Made by a program: the position numbers and the translations under genes. Positions 29,028-39,752 of a stretch of 64,000 nt of DNA are shown piece after piece (the first letter of the stretch is position 1; the number at the start of each line of letters is the position of its first letter). Source of the stretch: Blasia pusilla (taxonomy: Eukaryota); assembly GCA_050084515.1 (NCBI GenBank), contig CM114271.1, forward strand, positions 16,554,001-16,618,000. The letters are read 5' to 3'. The notes below the pieces were generated by a model. The model was not told the DNA's origin, did not search any database, and was given only the letters and a program-made list of their open reading frames with translations.

Positions 29028-30494
29028 AGGCTAGGGTTTGCTCATTTCAGGTTTTTTGTTTTGCGATCTCGATTGCTCTTCAGCGCAGCAGCGGACCAAA
29101 TACCAAGGGGCGCTTTACACGGCGACTCATCGCGAGACGATTCAAGCGACTCATCAAGGTGACTCATCGAGGCGACTCATCAACGCAACTCATCAAGGCG
29201 ACTCATCGTGCACAGAAAGTAATGTTGTTGTCGAGGAGATGGCATTTTCGGGAATAATGACGAGGAAAAAAACTCAAGCAAGCAAGATTGGGAGCTTCAC
29301 TCCCAAGTCCAAGACTCCTGCGTCACCATCTCCAAGGCCTTGTTCGGCCAATGAGATAAGGCAGCAAGAGATTGAGGAGCGCGATAGGGAAGCGGAGATG
29401 CACATGCATGAGCTTCTTGCAGAACGTGTTAAGGAGGCAATTGAAAAATAGAGCTTAGAGGTTGAGGCATCGCAGGCCTTGAGGAAAAGGATCGCCGAGG
29501 AGAATCGTGAAAAGAAGCGTTTGGACGCGTTGGTGAGGAGAGTAGAATTGGCAAAAGCTCGAAGGGAAAAAGTGATTTCCATTGAAGAAAGCCCGCTCCG
29601 TCCAACCAAAAGTGTTGAGATGCAGGAAATGTCTCCGATGAAGTCCGGGGACACAATCAATATAAAATCGACTGAGGAAACGGGCAAAGTTCAAGTGATG
29701 GACGATGAGGTCATGAGGACCGCTAGCGTGGAGATGGTGGACATCTCTGAAGAAGCAGGAGAGCGGTCTTCCTCGTCTCTTAGCCCTGCGGAAGAAATCA
29801 ACCTCTATCGGATCGACGAGTTTCCAGTGGACTTGCTAGCTGTTGTCCGAGAGCAGTTGGCGGGCCAAGACACCGACCCAATCTTCGAGCGGGTAAGATA
29901 CGATCTTTGTTCTTTGAATTATGTGAAGGCCCATGTTGCAGTTCATTGGCAATTCAGTGTAGTTTATTGAACTTTTCCCGGTTGTGACATGTGGTAAAGC
30001 AGATGGCACTGATGGAGGGCCAGAACGCCCTGAGAATTCCACTTTTCCCATTGCGGACAATGGAGTACGTCCGCGAAATTCAGTCTGACGAGGATATTGC
30101 GAAGCTGAAACAATCGGCAGCGACATCATCCTATGTCGATAGCTTCCCTCCGTTCTATGTTCAGCCTTACGATGAACATGGAACCCAAGCGTTGGTGAAG
30201 GAGGAGGACTTGGAGGCGCTCGACACATTCTGGAGGATGAGAGATCAGGAATTCAGAAGGGCGATTGAGGGGACCGAATTCAGCTGGATGCGGAACCTGT
30301 ATTTCTTCATCTGGGATGGAAACCACATATTCATGGCGTGGACCCAGTTTGCAGAGGAGCGCCAAAACTCATTGGAGGCGCATTTTTGCGTGAAGGCAAT
30401 CATGCTACATCCATACCCTCATCACATGGCGACGGTGGAGATGGCCATGCATGCCATGAACATGTAAGTTTCCTCTTCCTTTATTTTGATTGGT

Positions 30495-31118
30495 GCAAAT
30501 CGTCGGACTCTGACGAGTTGTTTAACTAGTGGTAACAAAACTCGTTGAAGTCCAACGAGTTGCTTGACTGGACACTATTTTTTGGATGTTTTTGGCCGAA
30601 AGCAACTCGTCGGAGTCCGACGAGTTGCTTGACTGGCCGTTGTTTTTAGGATGTTTTTGTCCAAAAGCAACTCGTTGGACTCCGACGAGTTGCTTGACTG
30701 GCCATTGTTTTTAGGATGATTTTGGCTGAAAGCAACTCGTTGGAGTCCGACGAGTTGCTCGACTGGCCGCTGTTTTTGGATGTTTTTGGCCGAAAGCAAC
30801 TCGTCGCACTCCGACGGGTTGCATTCGCTGGCACGGTAAGGTGATCGGAGTAGGGGAGCTTGATTTTTGGCATCAAATTGCAGCTTTACTTGAAATTGCG
30901 CAACCTGTCGGACTCCGACGGGTTGATATGTTCACTTTTCTCGCGGAGAACACTCTCTGAATATAAATTATCGACAACCCGTCGGAGTCCGACGGGTTGA
31001 TACTAGGCAATCACAAATCTGAATGCAATCCGTCGGACTCCAATGGGTTGCAAAATTTAGCTCGTAGCTACCATTCCGACCATGAGGTGTGACGACCTGT
31101 CTGAGTCCGACGGGTTGC
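30495..31118. repeat. Array of 10 palindromes in accessory-gene intron 1 (65-bp tandem units at ~30537-30822)
   Basis: GCAACTCGTCGGAGTCCGACGAGTTGC repeated with near-identical spacers (TTGACTGGCC...TTTTGGCCGAAA), then dispersed copies at ~30900, 30974, 31025, 31092. Confidence 0.92.
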
Positions 31119-31685
31119 AGGAACCCATATAGCTTGCAAAATTTCTTATATTGAGTTTGGATGTGCATGATTGTATTCGAGGGGAATGTCACCCACCACT
31201 AGATCTAGGATTGCGATCGGGTGAAGAAAGTGCTAACAACGCACCCGGCAAAGTACAAGGGGTTCTTAGGCCACGCCCTTAGAAATGAGATGCTGGCAAA
31301 GGGGGCTCAAATAAAATAAAAAAACTTGGGCAAATACATTTATTTTCCAAGATGCAGCCGTGACAATTCTTTGCTCGTCAAAGATAATGGCCGCCAAGAA
31401 GAGCGCTTCATTGGAGCTGGAGCGGAGGGAGAAAGTGTGTGTGTCTGAGCGTGCTAAGTTCATCCAAGCTGCAGTATCTTCAACTACGAAGTACATTGCA
31501 AGCAAGATGCAGCGCTACATAGCCTTTCTCAACCCTGAACTTGGCCCCGATTTCTACAAGGAGCTGAAGGCGATAATCAAGCGCCAGCGGAAGAGGGATG
31601 AAGATCCGCAGGGTCGGATTGGGGAAAAAGTGTCTCTCCAACGATTTTCCTTGTCTAGAATTTCAGAATTTAGGAGAATCCGATT

Positions 31686-32503
31686 GATGAAAATCAATCT
31701 CGAGGGCATAGAGGCTCTAAAAAGAGGCTCCGTGAATGGTCATTCACACCATCCTTCTCGAGAAGTCCATGGTGTCTCTGATCCTGAAAAAAATCTCGTT
31801 CGGAGGAAGCAAACTGGAGAGTGTTGAAGATTTTGAACTTTGGTTGAATGGTCGGACGATGTTCAAGGATCACATCCTCCGCACACCTTGATGAAATTTA
31901 GTCTCGAGGGCATAGAGGCCCAAAAGGGCGGCACACCATCCTCCGGTGTCGAGAAGATCTCCCATGCTCCGTGAATGGTCATTCAGGGACGCGTTGCGGC
32001 TTCTCGAGAAGTCCATGCTCGTGGGTCTCCAAGCGAAGCTGAAAAAAATAGAGCCCGTTCCGGAGGAAGCAAACCTGGAGAGTGTTGAAGATTTTGAACT
32101 TTGGTTGGATGACATGCGGGACAAGCCCATAAAAAACCCAGGCTTCAGGACGATGTTCAAGGATCACATCCTCCCTCAGGCACACCTTGATGAAAATCAG
32201 TCTCGAGGGCATAGAGGCCCAAAAGAGGGCGACACACCATCCTCCGGGTGTCTCTGATCCAGTGATCTCCCACTGGCTCCGTGAATGGTCATTCGGGGAT
32301 GCGTTGCGGCTTCTCGAGAAGTCCATGCTCGTGGGTCTCCAAGCGGAGCTGAAAAAAATAGAGCCCGTTCCGGAGGAAGCAAACCTGGAGAGTGTTGAAG
32401 ATTTTGAACTTTGGTTGGATGACATGCGGGACAAGCCCATAAAAAACCCAGGCTTCAGGACGATGTTCAAGGATCACATCCTCCCTCAGGCACACCTTGA
32501 TGA
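31686..32503 (+). repeat. ~310-bp tandem triplication inside accessory-gene exon 2
   Basis: ~31970-32195 and ~32280-32503 are near-identical (LEKSMLVGLQA...KDHILPQAHLDE); a first copy from 31686 has many small deletions. Confidence 0.9.
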
Positions 32504-33763
32504 AGAAATAGAGGCGAAGAAAAGGGATTTTGCAAAGAAAAAGTGAGATCTTCAGGAGCAGGTGGCCGATGCATCTCGACTAAGAGCTGCCCAACGCATG
32601 GTGTTCAGGTACCTCGTCCATTGTAAGAATGCAGGTTCATGGAGAAAAATACCGGCATCCTACAAATTGTGGGCTTCTCCGCCTGATGGAGTGACATTTT
32701 CCATGTACGACATGGAGATGGCTCAAAGCATGTCCGACTCGGAGGTGGAGAATTGCCCGATCTGGCTGGACTTCAATGACCCTGAGGACATATTCGAGAA
32801 AAATCTACGCGTGCTCTATGATGCAGTGGCCGTAGGTAGGGATGACATCCCCAATTTTGTGCAGCCTGAAGACTTTTTTGAAGGAGATGCGGAGGAGCAA
32901 ACCATCGAGACAGCGGAGTTGGTGTCCAAGGTCGTCGCCGCCAAGGAAAAATCTACACTGGGTCTCAAATCCAAGGCGAGTGGATCGAAGAATTCCGAGG
33001 CCAAGTCTTCCCAAAAGAGGCTGAGAATTCAAGGCGAGAGGCGGAATCGTCCGGGCAAGCGAGGAGAGAGGGTCGGACCAGGTCCTCCACAAAAAAACTC
33101 CACCAGAGTCTGAGGTAATAGAGACCCCAACAAGCCAACCCCAGGCTCGGAAGAAGCGGAAGCGAGAGCTGCCAGGTTTGTCCCAAGGAGCAGATCAGGA
33201 TGTGGAATACACTCCATCATCCTTGGGAAGACATAGAGAAACAATGACCCGGACAAGCGTCATCATTCACTCCACGAATCTTCTGGATGAGCTGAAAAGT
33301 TTCAGTTCCCAAGCGTCGACACCCGCCATCGACAAATTGACAACGCTGGGACGGAAGCTTCAACGAAATGGGCACGCTCCTTGGATGGTCCATGGGGAGG
33401 TTGAGGAGGTGGCGGTGGATCTCCTTATCGCTGATTTGCCCTCAGGGTTGCGCTTGTGGGACGAGAATCCGTCCGACGGTATCCCAGATTGGAATGTCCC
33501 TCTTTCTTATGACCAGATCGCGCTCCTATTTTCCTTTGCAGACGCTTATCTCAGTGACAGGGGCTGTTTCTTGGTTTTGACTAGAGGGAGCGAGGAAGAG
33601 CTCTTCAACCTGTTGTGCGTCAAGAGGTCGCTGAAGTGGAGGACGGCGCAATCGTGGGTCATCAAGAACGAGTACCCACTCCGATCCGCGACAAGTCAAA
33701 TCCGTGTAAGGGCTCTAAATCCATATCCAAATTGTCTTGCTCCGACATGTTGCATCTTTGCAT

Positions 33764-34065
33764 GCAACCCGTCGGATTGTTTGAGGTGGAGACTTCGGTG
33801 GTGCAATTCGTCTGAAAGCGACGGGTTGCAAATTTACCGCAAGTCTCCATTGGGTGAATGCAACCCGTCGGAACTCGACGGGTTGCAAGTGCTTATGCTT
33901 TTCCTTGTGTTTCTGGAATGATGCAACCCATCTGAATGTGACGGGTTGCTCTTAGCCAACCATGGGCTGCTCTAAGCCAGCAACCTGTCGCCTTCCGACG
34001 AGTTGTTCATGGCAAAAAAATCACTAACACTTGTAAAACAACATGTCGGACTCCGATAGGTTGCT
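33764..34065. repeat. Cluster of 6 palindromes in the intron splitting the MTase-like domain
   Basis: Copies at ~33764, 33803, 33860, 33923, 33980, 34040, all within intron 33706-34227. Confidence 0.88.
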
Positions 34066-34804
34066 CCAATGTTAGGACTATAACTAAGTTCTCTGGGGTT
34101 AAGCGAAGTTCTTTGGGAATGAGATGCACATTGTGTCACCATTTTGATAGTATACCTTTCTTGTTGTTGCATATTGAAATTAGCTCTTTCTTGTTGCTGA
34201 CATTTTTTCCAACTTGCTTCTTCACAGATGGACCACTCCTTTGTCTACTATTTTGTAAGGTCCAAGAAAACTTCCAAGTGTTTCAGATCCTCGATCCAGT
34301 GGATCCATGCTCTGATGGGTACAGCTTAGAGAGTTTATACAATTCCCGGGAATTTACATGGAAAATGGTACCCCCTTACTTGGAGGAAGGGAAAAGTCTC
34401 CGGCGTTGATGCAAACGCTCATCGAGCTCTACTCAAGGCGGGGTGACTTGGTGTTCGACTTAGTGGGCCTTTCAGGGGCGAGTATCAGAGGCGCATGGTA
34501 GAGTGCCAAGAACATTCTCTGCCTTGAGGGAGGGCAGGAATTGTTTGACCTTTGCAAAGAGGCAAAGGCAGATTACGATAGGCTAGTTGGGGTGTACAAC
34601 TCTCCTCCGAAGCCGACAGCTCAGGTTCCAGACCCACCATTGGTAGTGACACCATCGTCACTTCCCATGATTCCAAAATTTGGGAGGGCAAGGCGGACAG
34701 TAATTGTGGAAGAGCTCTCGGACGATGACGAGTGAGTTCGAAGAACTCAAGGACCCAGCTTGACTACGGCGTTTTGGAGTAGGGATTTATTTGATGAGGA
34801 GGCA

Positions 34805-35880
34805 GAAGAATTCATAGAATAGATCAAATGTACAGTTTCAAGCTTCCTTTGGATGTAATAAAGGACAAGATTTTTTCAAACGATGATGGTGTTTGTAAAA
34901 GTTTGTTGAATATCTTTTTTGGTCTTGTCGAAGATTCTATCTACTCAACAATTCATATTGGTGTTGGATTGTAAAAGGTTGCAACTTTTCACTTTTTGAC
35001 CATTGCACCTTTTTAACCACTTCTAGGCAACCTGTCAAATTCCGACAGGTTGGCTGCGTGAGTGATCGGACTCTTTCCCTGTTAGTCCAACTTTAAAGGC
35101 ATTTTGGCGGGCTTCTTCACTTTGGCACCTTCCCCTAGTTTCGTCAAACAAGTCTTAGGCTTCCTCTCTTCTCTAAGACGTGTTGGATTCCTACTGCTTG
35201 GTTGAGGACATGATGGTCTCTCCAAGGACGGAGCACATATTGATACTGGATGGGTGTCACCTTGTAGAGCATACAAGATTTACTGCCAAGGAAGGTGGTG
35301 GGACTCAAATCAGGTTACATGGGACCGTTATAGTGTACCAGGGGGATGCCAAGGCTCTCAAATTTGCCAACATTTTCGATCCCCGTCTATAATCGGCCAA
35401 AGGAGCCACTTGTATCCCAAGATATTCCTTTTGTATAGGAACCTAGGAGAGTTAGGAGTAAATTTGTAAATGACGAGGCTGAAGAAATCATAGACTAGAT
35501 CAAATGTACATTTCCAAGCTTCCTTCGAATTTAATAAAGGAAAAGATTTTTTCAAACGATAATGGTGTTTGTAAAAGTTTTATGAATATTTTTTTGGACT
35601 TGTCGATTGTGTTCGTCTAGCAACTCAAAATGTTTATTTTGCAACCCGTCTGATTCCGACGGGTTGCAACTTTTCACTTTTTCACCACTGCAACTTTTTA
35701 ACCATTTCCAAGCAAGCTGTCAGATTTCGACAGGTTGGTTGCTTGAGTGATCGGACTCTTTCCCTATGAGACCAACTTCTGAGGCATTGTGGCGGGCTTC
35801 TTCACTTTTGGCTCGTTCCCCTAGTATTGTCAAACCAATCGTAGGCTTCTTTCTTCTCTAAGACGTGCTGGATTCCTAAA
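34805..35880. repeat. Diverged direct duplication in the MULE 3' region (~34805-35190 vs ~35480-35880), each with palindromes
   Basis: Shared TAGATCAAATGTACA...TTTTCAAACGAT..TGGTGTTTGTAAAAGTTT and GAGTGATCGGACTCTTTCCCT...GGCGGGCTTCTTCACTTT blocks. Confidence 0.8.
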
Positions 35881-36576
35881 GCCTGTCGGATTGCCATTTC
35901 AGATTCCCAACCAGTTGGATCTTCGTGGGTGCAGGGTGGAATGGAATCATTTCTCAAAATCTTTCCTTTGTTATGGTGAACTTGGTTGCAAGGGGTGCAA
36001 GCCATCTAATTTTGATGGGTTGCAAGAGTTGCAATCTGTAAAATTCCGACGGATTGGGAGGGGTGCAGCTTCTCGGTTTCTCAGATTTAGGATCTGAATG
36101 AAGGGACATCAGTTCCTCTTTACTCCAGACAGCTAAAAATCTTTTGGTTTAGTTATCGTCTCTTGTGTTCACATTTCACAAAGTTGGTCTTTATTTGAAC
36201 CTTTCATTGAGATGAGATTGCTACTTCTGGTCATATTATTTGCCAATGGTCCTCCAAAAAATAGTCCTGGGCACAGCTTATTGTAGACTGAGACAAGCAA
36301 TGTGAAAAAACTTAGGCTCACATGGAGAGTGATGGGAAAATGTTTGTAGTGGTGTTATGATGTCTACTAGTTTTTTTCCCTGTGGAAAAAGGAGGTTTCT
36401 TTAGGCCCGAACGTGGACCACTACCTACTCTCTTCTAAAGATTTCATGAACTTGAAAGCAAACAAAAATTTCAAATATGTCAAAAATTTTGAAGAGAGGA
36501 GGCGGATTTGGCCCCTTTTTTTTAAGAGAGACTCTCCTCTCTTCCTCTCTCCTGCCAGAATACGAGCCCCCCGTAG

Positions 36577-38250
36577 GTGTTAAGGTGAGAGCTCGATGTG
36601 GATAGACGTCAGATTTCAGTCCTATCAGCAAACATGTTTGTTGCATTCTTGGGCAAGATCCCCACCCCGGCGAAGAAACCTGCCTTCCAAACCTCTCTTT
36701 GGCGGGATGCGGTGGAGTGGGTTCATTATTGCTACTCTAAAGAGCACAAGAAATTTTTATGCTTATGCTCCAAGTGCATTGAAGATTGTCGCGGCCGTGC
36801 AACTTTCAACTTGCACATTGCATCCCATTGGTTGAGGCCGGTGCGTGGAACAAATGCGATGAAGACAAGGTGGATGATGATGGTAAGCTAGGGTCTCTTT
36901 CCCCTCATGACAAATGGTTTGAAGATTACTTTCTTGATAGGATGGAAGTAGCTTATGCTTGCCTATATCTTTTGATGGTGTGCAGTGTTGCAAACACCAT
37001 CAGCACACCAACAAGTTTGCAGCTGATGGTGTTGCATAGTGCTGCAAACTTGCGACTTCGAGGCACGGTGCAGCAACGTTGGGCCAACCAAAAAAATCAA
37101 AAGAAGGCCGGGCTCCTAAACAAAGCCAAAGAGCATGCTAGAAGGGCGACTGGCCCTTTTTGTCCCCATGCCAAACTTGCCGGACTTGCTGATTGGGTTT
37201 GAGGCCTTTAGGACATAGGAACATCGGCAAACCTCTTGGGCAGGTTTAGCTAAGATAGACGAGTATGAGAAGGCCTGCGAGGAACTTAAATCCACACTAG
37301 TGCGGCCTACCACGACTATGAAAGGATGGATAGAGGCATGGCGTAGACTTCTCCCTTCCACTATCTATATAGATAGAGCTCACCATTCTACATATTGGAG
37401 ATGCCTAGTTGTTTTCCATCACCTATATGCAGTTTGGATCATGGATAAAAAAGAGCCATAACGTTGGGATGCTGGAGCAAAAACTAGGCAACAGCAGGTT
37501 GAACATGCCTTGGCTATTTTAGATGGCATGCGTCGAGCACAAAGGCATCACTGGTACATTAGTGAAGAGTATTATCTCCCACGCTTCAAATATAACTACA
37601 AGATATGGAAGGAAAAGACTAAGCCCATCATACTCGCCAAGTTCATAGATAAAGTCTCTCGCATGTATGTGGATGGAGTTGGCTGCAACATTGCCCACGC
37701 TTGTATGCAGGTACTATATGCTGTTTGATTTCATGATTGTTTGGATGTCATTGAAAAATTGATTGTGGTCTTTTTTTTTCTTGATATTAATGAAGGTACA
37801 ATTGTTACCTATCTATGTGTACATGATGTGAAGGATGGGCTAGATGTCCCAATTATAGATTCTAGTGACTCTTACGGTAGTAACACGATGCTCCCAAGTC
37901 CCCAACCCGACATCTAGAGGAGTGCATGCCAAGTCAATGAGGAGGAAGAGAGTCCTGAACTTGACGATCATGTAGGCGTTGAAGCAGGCACTAATGAAGA
38001 AGATCCGATTCTGCCAAAGAGGCGCCCAAGACCACCAAGGACCAATGTTGAACGGGTTCAAAAAGCAAACATGCGTAGAAAGAATACTGTCCACACTCAA
38101 AAATCTCCTTGATTGAACCCTACGCGGGAGTTGGCTACAGCGAGCACACCTTGTAGGAGAATTCAGAGTCTGGAAACAAGGGATGTTCGTGAGGTGGATT
38201 GCTCCCCTACCCTTGATGGAGTGGTCTTGCAGGCTGAACCTCAATTATCA
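36577..38250 (+). pseudogene. 3' part of the unidentified decayed gene interrupted by the MULE
   Basis: Broken protein-like frames (36598-36891, 36786-37202, 37510-37728). Removing the MULE restores an intron-like T-rich tract ending CGTAG|GTG in frame with 36598. Confidence 0.35.
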
Positions 38251-39752
38251 AGGACTGCATCTTAGGGCATGACAAAAGAAGAGAAAGTGCAAGGGAGAAA
38301 GATGATGATTGAGTCACAGCAAGTTACTATGCCCACTTTTTTTTTTCCTTCATATTTGCTTGTTTTCGTTAGGGTGTGGATCTAATTGCATTTGTGATAA
38401 TTTTGTGATAGGTCCTTGAGCTTGGAGGTGGGAATTGCAAGGACCAAGGCAAGGAGGTTGATGAAAACTTAGTGACTTGGGATCTGGAGGGTTATGTAGG
38501 GATGGAAGATGGAGACTTCTTGTCCACACCATTGCCTGATTTCTGCAGGCTTGCCTTACGGCCTTTGGATATGTTTAGAGAGTCCACAAGGGCCAATGAA
38601 GACCAGTAGTATGAAGATACATATGCAATTTTTGAGTGTCATCTTTCCTTGTGCTCTTGTTTCCCATTTTTTGCTTCTGCTTATTGTTCTCATTACTTTG
38701 TACTTTTTTGGACTTGTGTATGTAGTGACACAACAAAGGTGGCACTCTCATTTTCAGCATTGTAGTCTAGATTGTAGTATATGGAATTTGGCGGATGAAG
38801 CGGTGACACAGCCATGTTGCTTGCAAGTAAGGGATCTTACCCTTTACCTGTCGTGATCCTAGCCGTAGGTATTCAAATAATTACATTACATGTGAGAATT
38901 GATGTTGCCAATGTGTGTTTGGATGAACTTATGCTGCCATGACGCTACATTTTGGATATCTTTTGAGCATGTTTCAGATTTTTTTAACATTGTGGAGGTA
39001 AGCTTCACTTGCAATGTGACCTCCTTTTTTTGCTGCTTCTGCTCATTTAAAGTCCAAGGCTAACATTTCTTCAATGATTTTGTTGCAGGATTGAAACTCT
39101 TATATATTACACATCCTGACTAATAATAAGCTGCATAGAGGATGGAATGTAGCACTTATATCCCTTAGTTCCATCAGCATAGTCAATGAAGATATATCTT
39201 TCAGACTTAAGGTCTAATTTCTGATGTTTCTCAAAAGGAACATGAGCATAACAAATATAGCCAAATACTTTCAAGAGGGAAAAATCAGGTTTACTTCTTG
39301 TGAAGACTTCAAATGGAGTTTTATCATGAACTCCTGCTATTGGAGATTGGTTGATTAAGAAGACTACACATGCTACAGCCTCTGCCCAATAGATCTTAGG
39401 CATGTTCTTCTCCTTCAGCATAGCTCGTGCCGCTTCAACAATATGTCGATTCTTCCTCTCAGCCACTCCATTTTGGTATGGAGTGTAACGGCAAGTCACT
39501 TGATGTTGGATGCCATTCTGACGTAAATAGTCATCAAACTCTGTTGAAAGATATTCTCCTCCTCCATCACAACAAAATTTCAGAATGTGTTCTCCAGTCT
39601 GCTTCTCTACTAGAACTCTGAATGTTTGGAACATTGAGAATACCTCTTACTTGGCTTTCAGAAAGTATACCCATATATACCTAGAGAAGTCATCAATAAA
39701 TCAAATAAAGTACTGGAAATCACTAAGGCTATGTTGTGATGTTGTCCACACA

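Larger units (their letters stand above)
29239..34735 (+). pseudogene. MULE accessory gene: coiled-coil, ParB/Sulfiredoxin-like domain, beta-class N6A/N4C methyltransferase-like domain (3 exons)
   Basis: Exon 1 (29239-30463): YVREIQSDEDIAKLKQS...FPPFYVQP...YFFIWDGNHIFMAW (ParB/Srx DGNHR-type). Exon 2 (~31150-33705): VDLLIADLPSG (motif IV position), LSDRGCFLVL. Exon 3 (34228-34735): REKSPALMQTLIELYSRRGDLVFDLVGLSGAS...AKNILCLE (motifs X-I-II of N6_N4 MTases). GT-AG introns; several stops and frameshifts. Confidence 0.7.
23812..36571. mobile_element. 12.76-kb Mutator-like (MULE) DNA transposon with degenerate termini and two divergent genes
   Basis: 9-bp TSD CGAAGGTGT (23803-23811) / CGTAGGTGT (36572-36580), 8/9 match. 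Termini GAGGTGTGGTAAG... and (rc) GGGGGCTCGTATT... are only weakly similar. Contains a MULE transposase; the left end is independently marked by the copy ending at 16057. Confidence 0.82.

Noticed and set aside
30495-31118. CRISPR-like array (palindromic 27-bp repeats with ~38-bp spacers)
   Set aside because: Spacers in the regular part are near-identical, repeats are degenerate and dispersed through introns, there are no cas genes, and the context is eukaryotic.
29239-34735. Bacterial or phage contamination as source of the ParB-MTase gene
   Set aside because: Gene has GT-AG introns and a TATA box, lies inside a TSD-bounded MULE, and has a second local copy.
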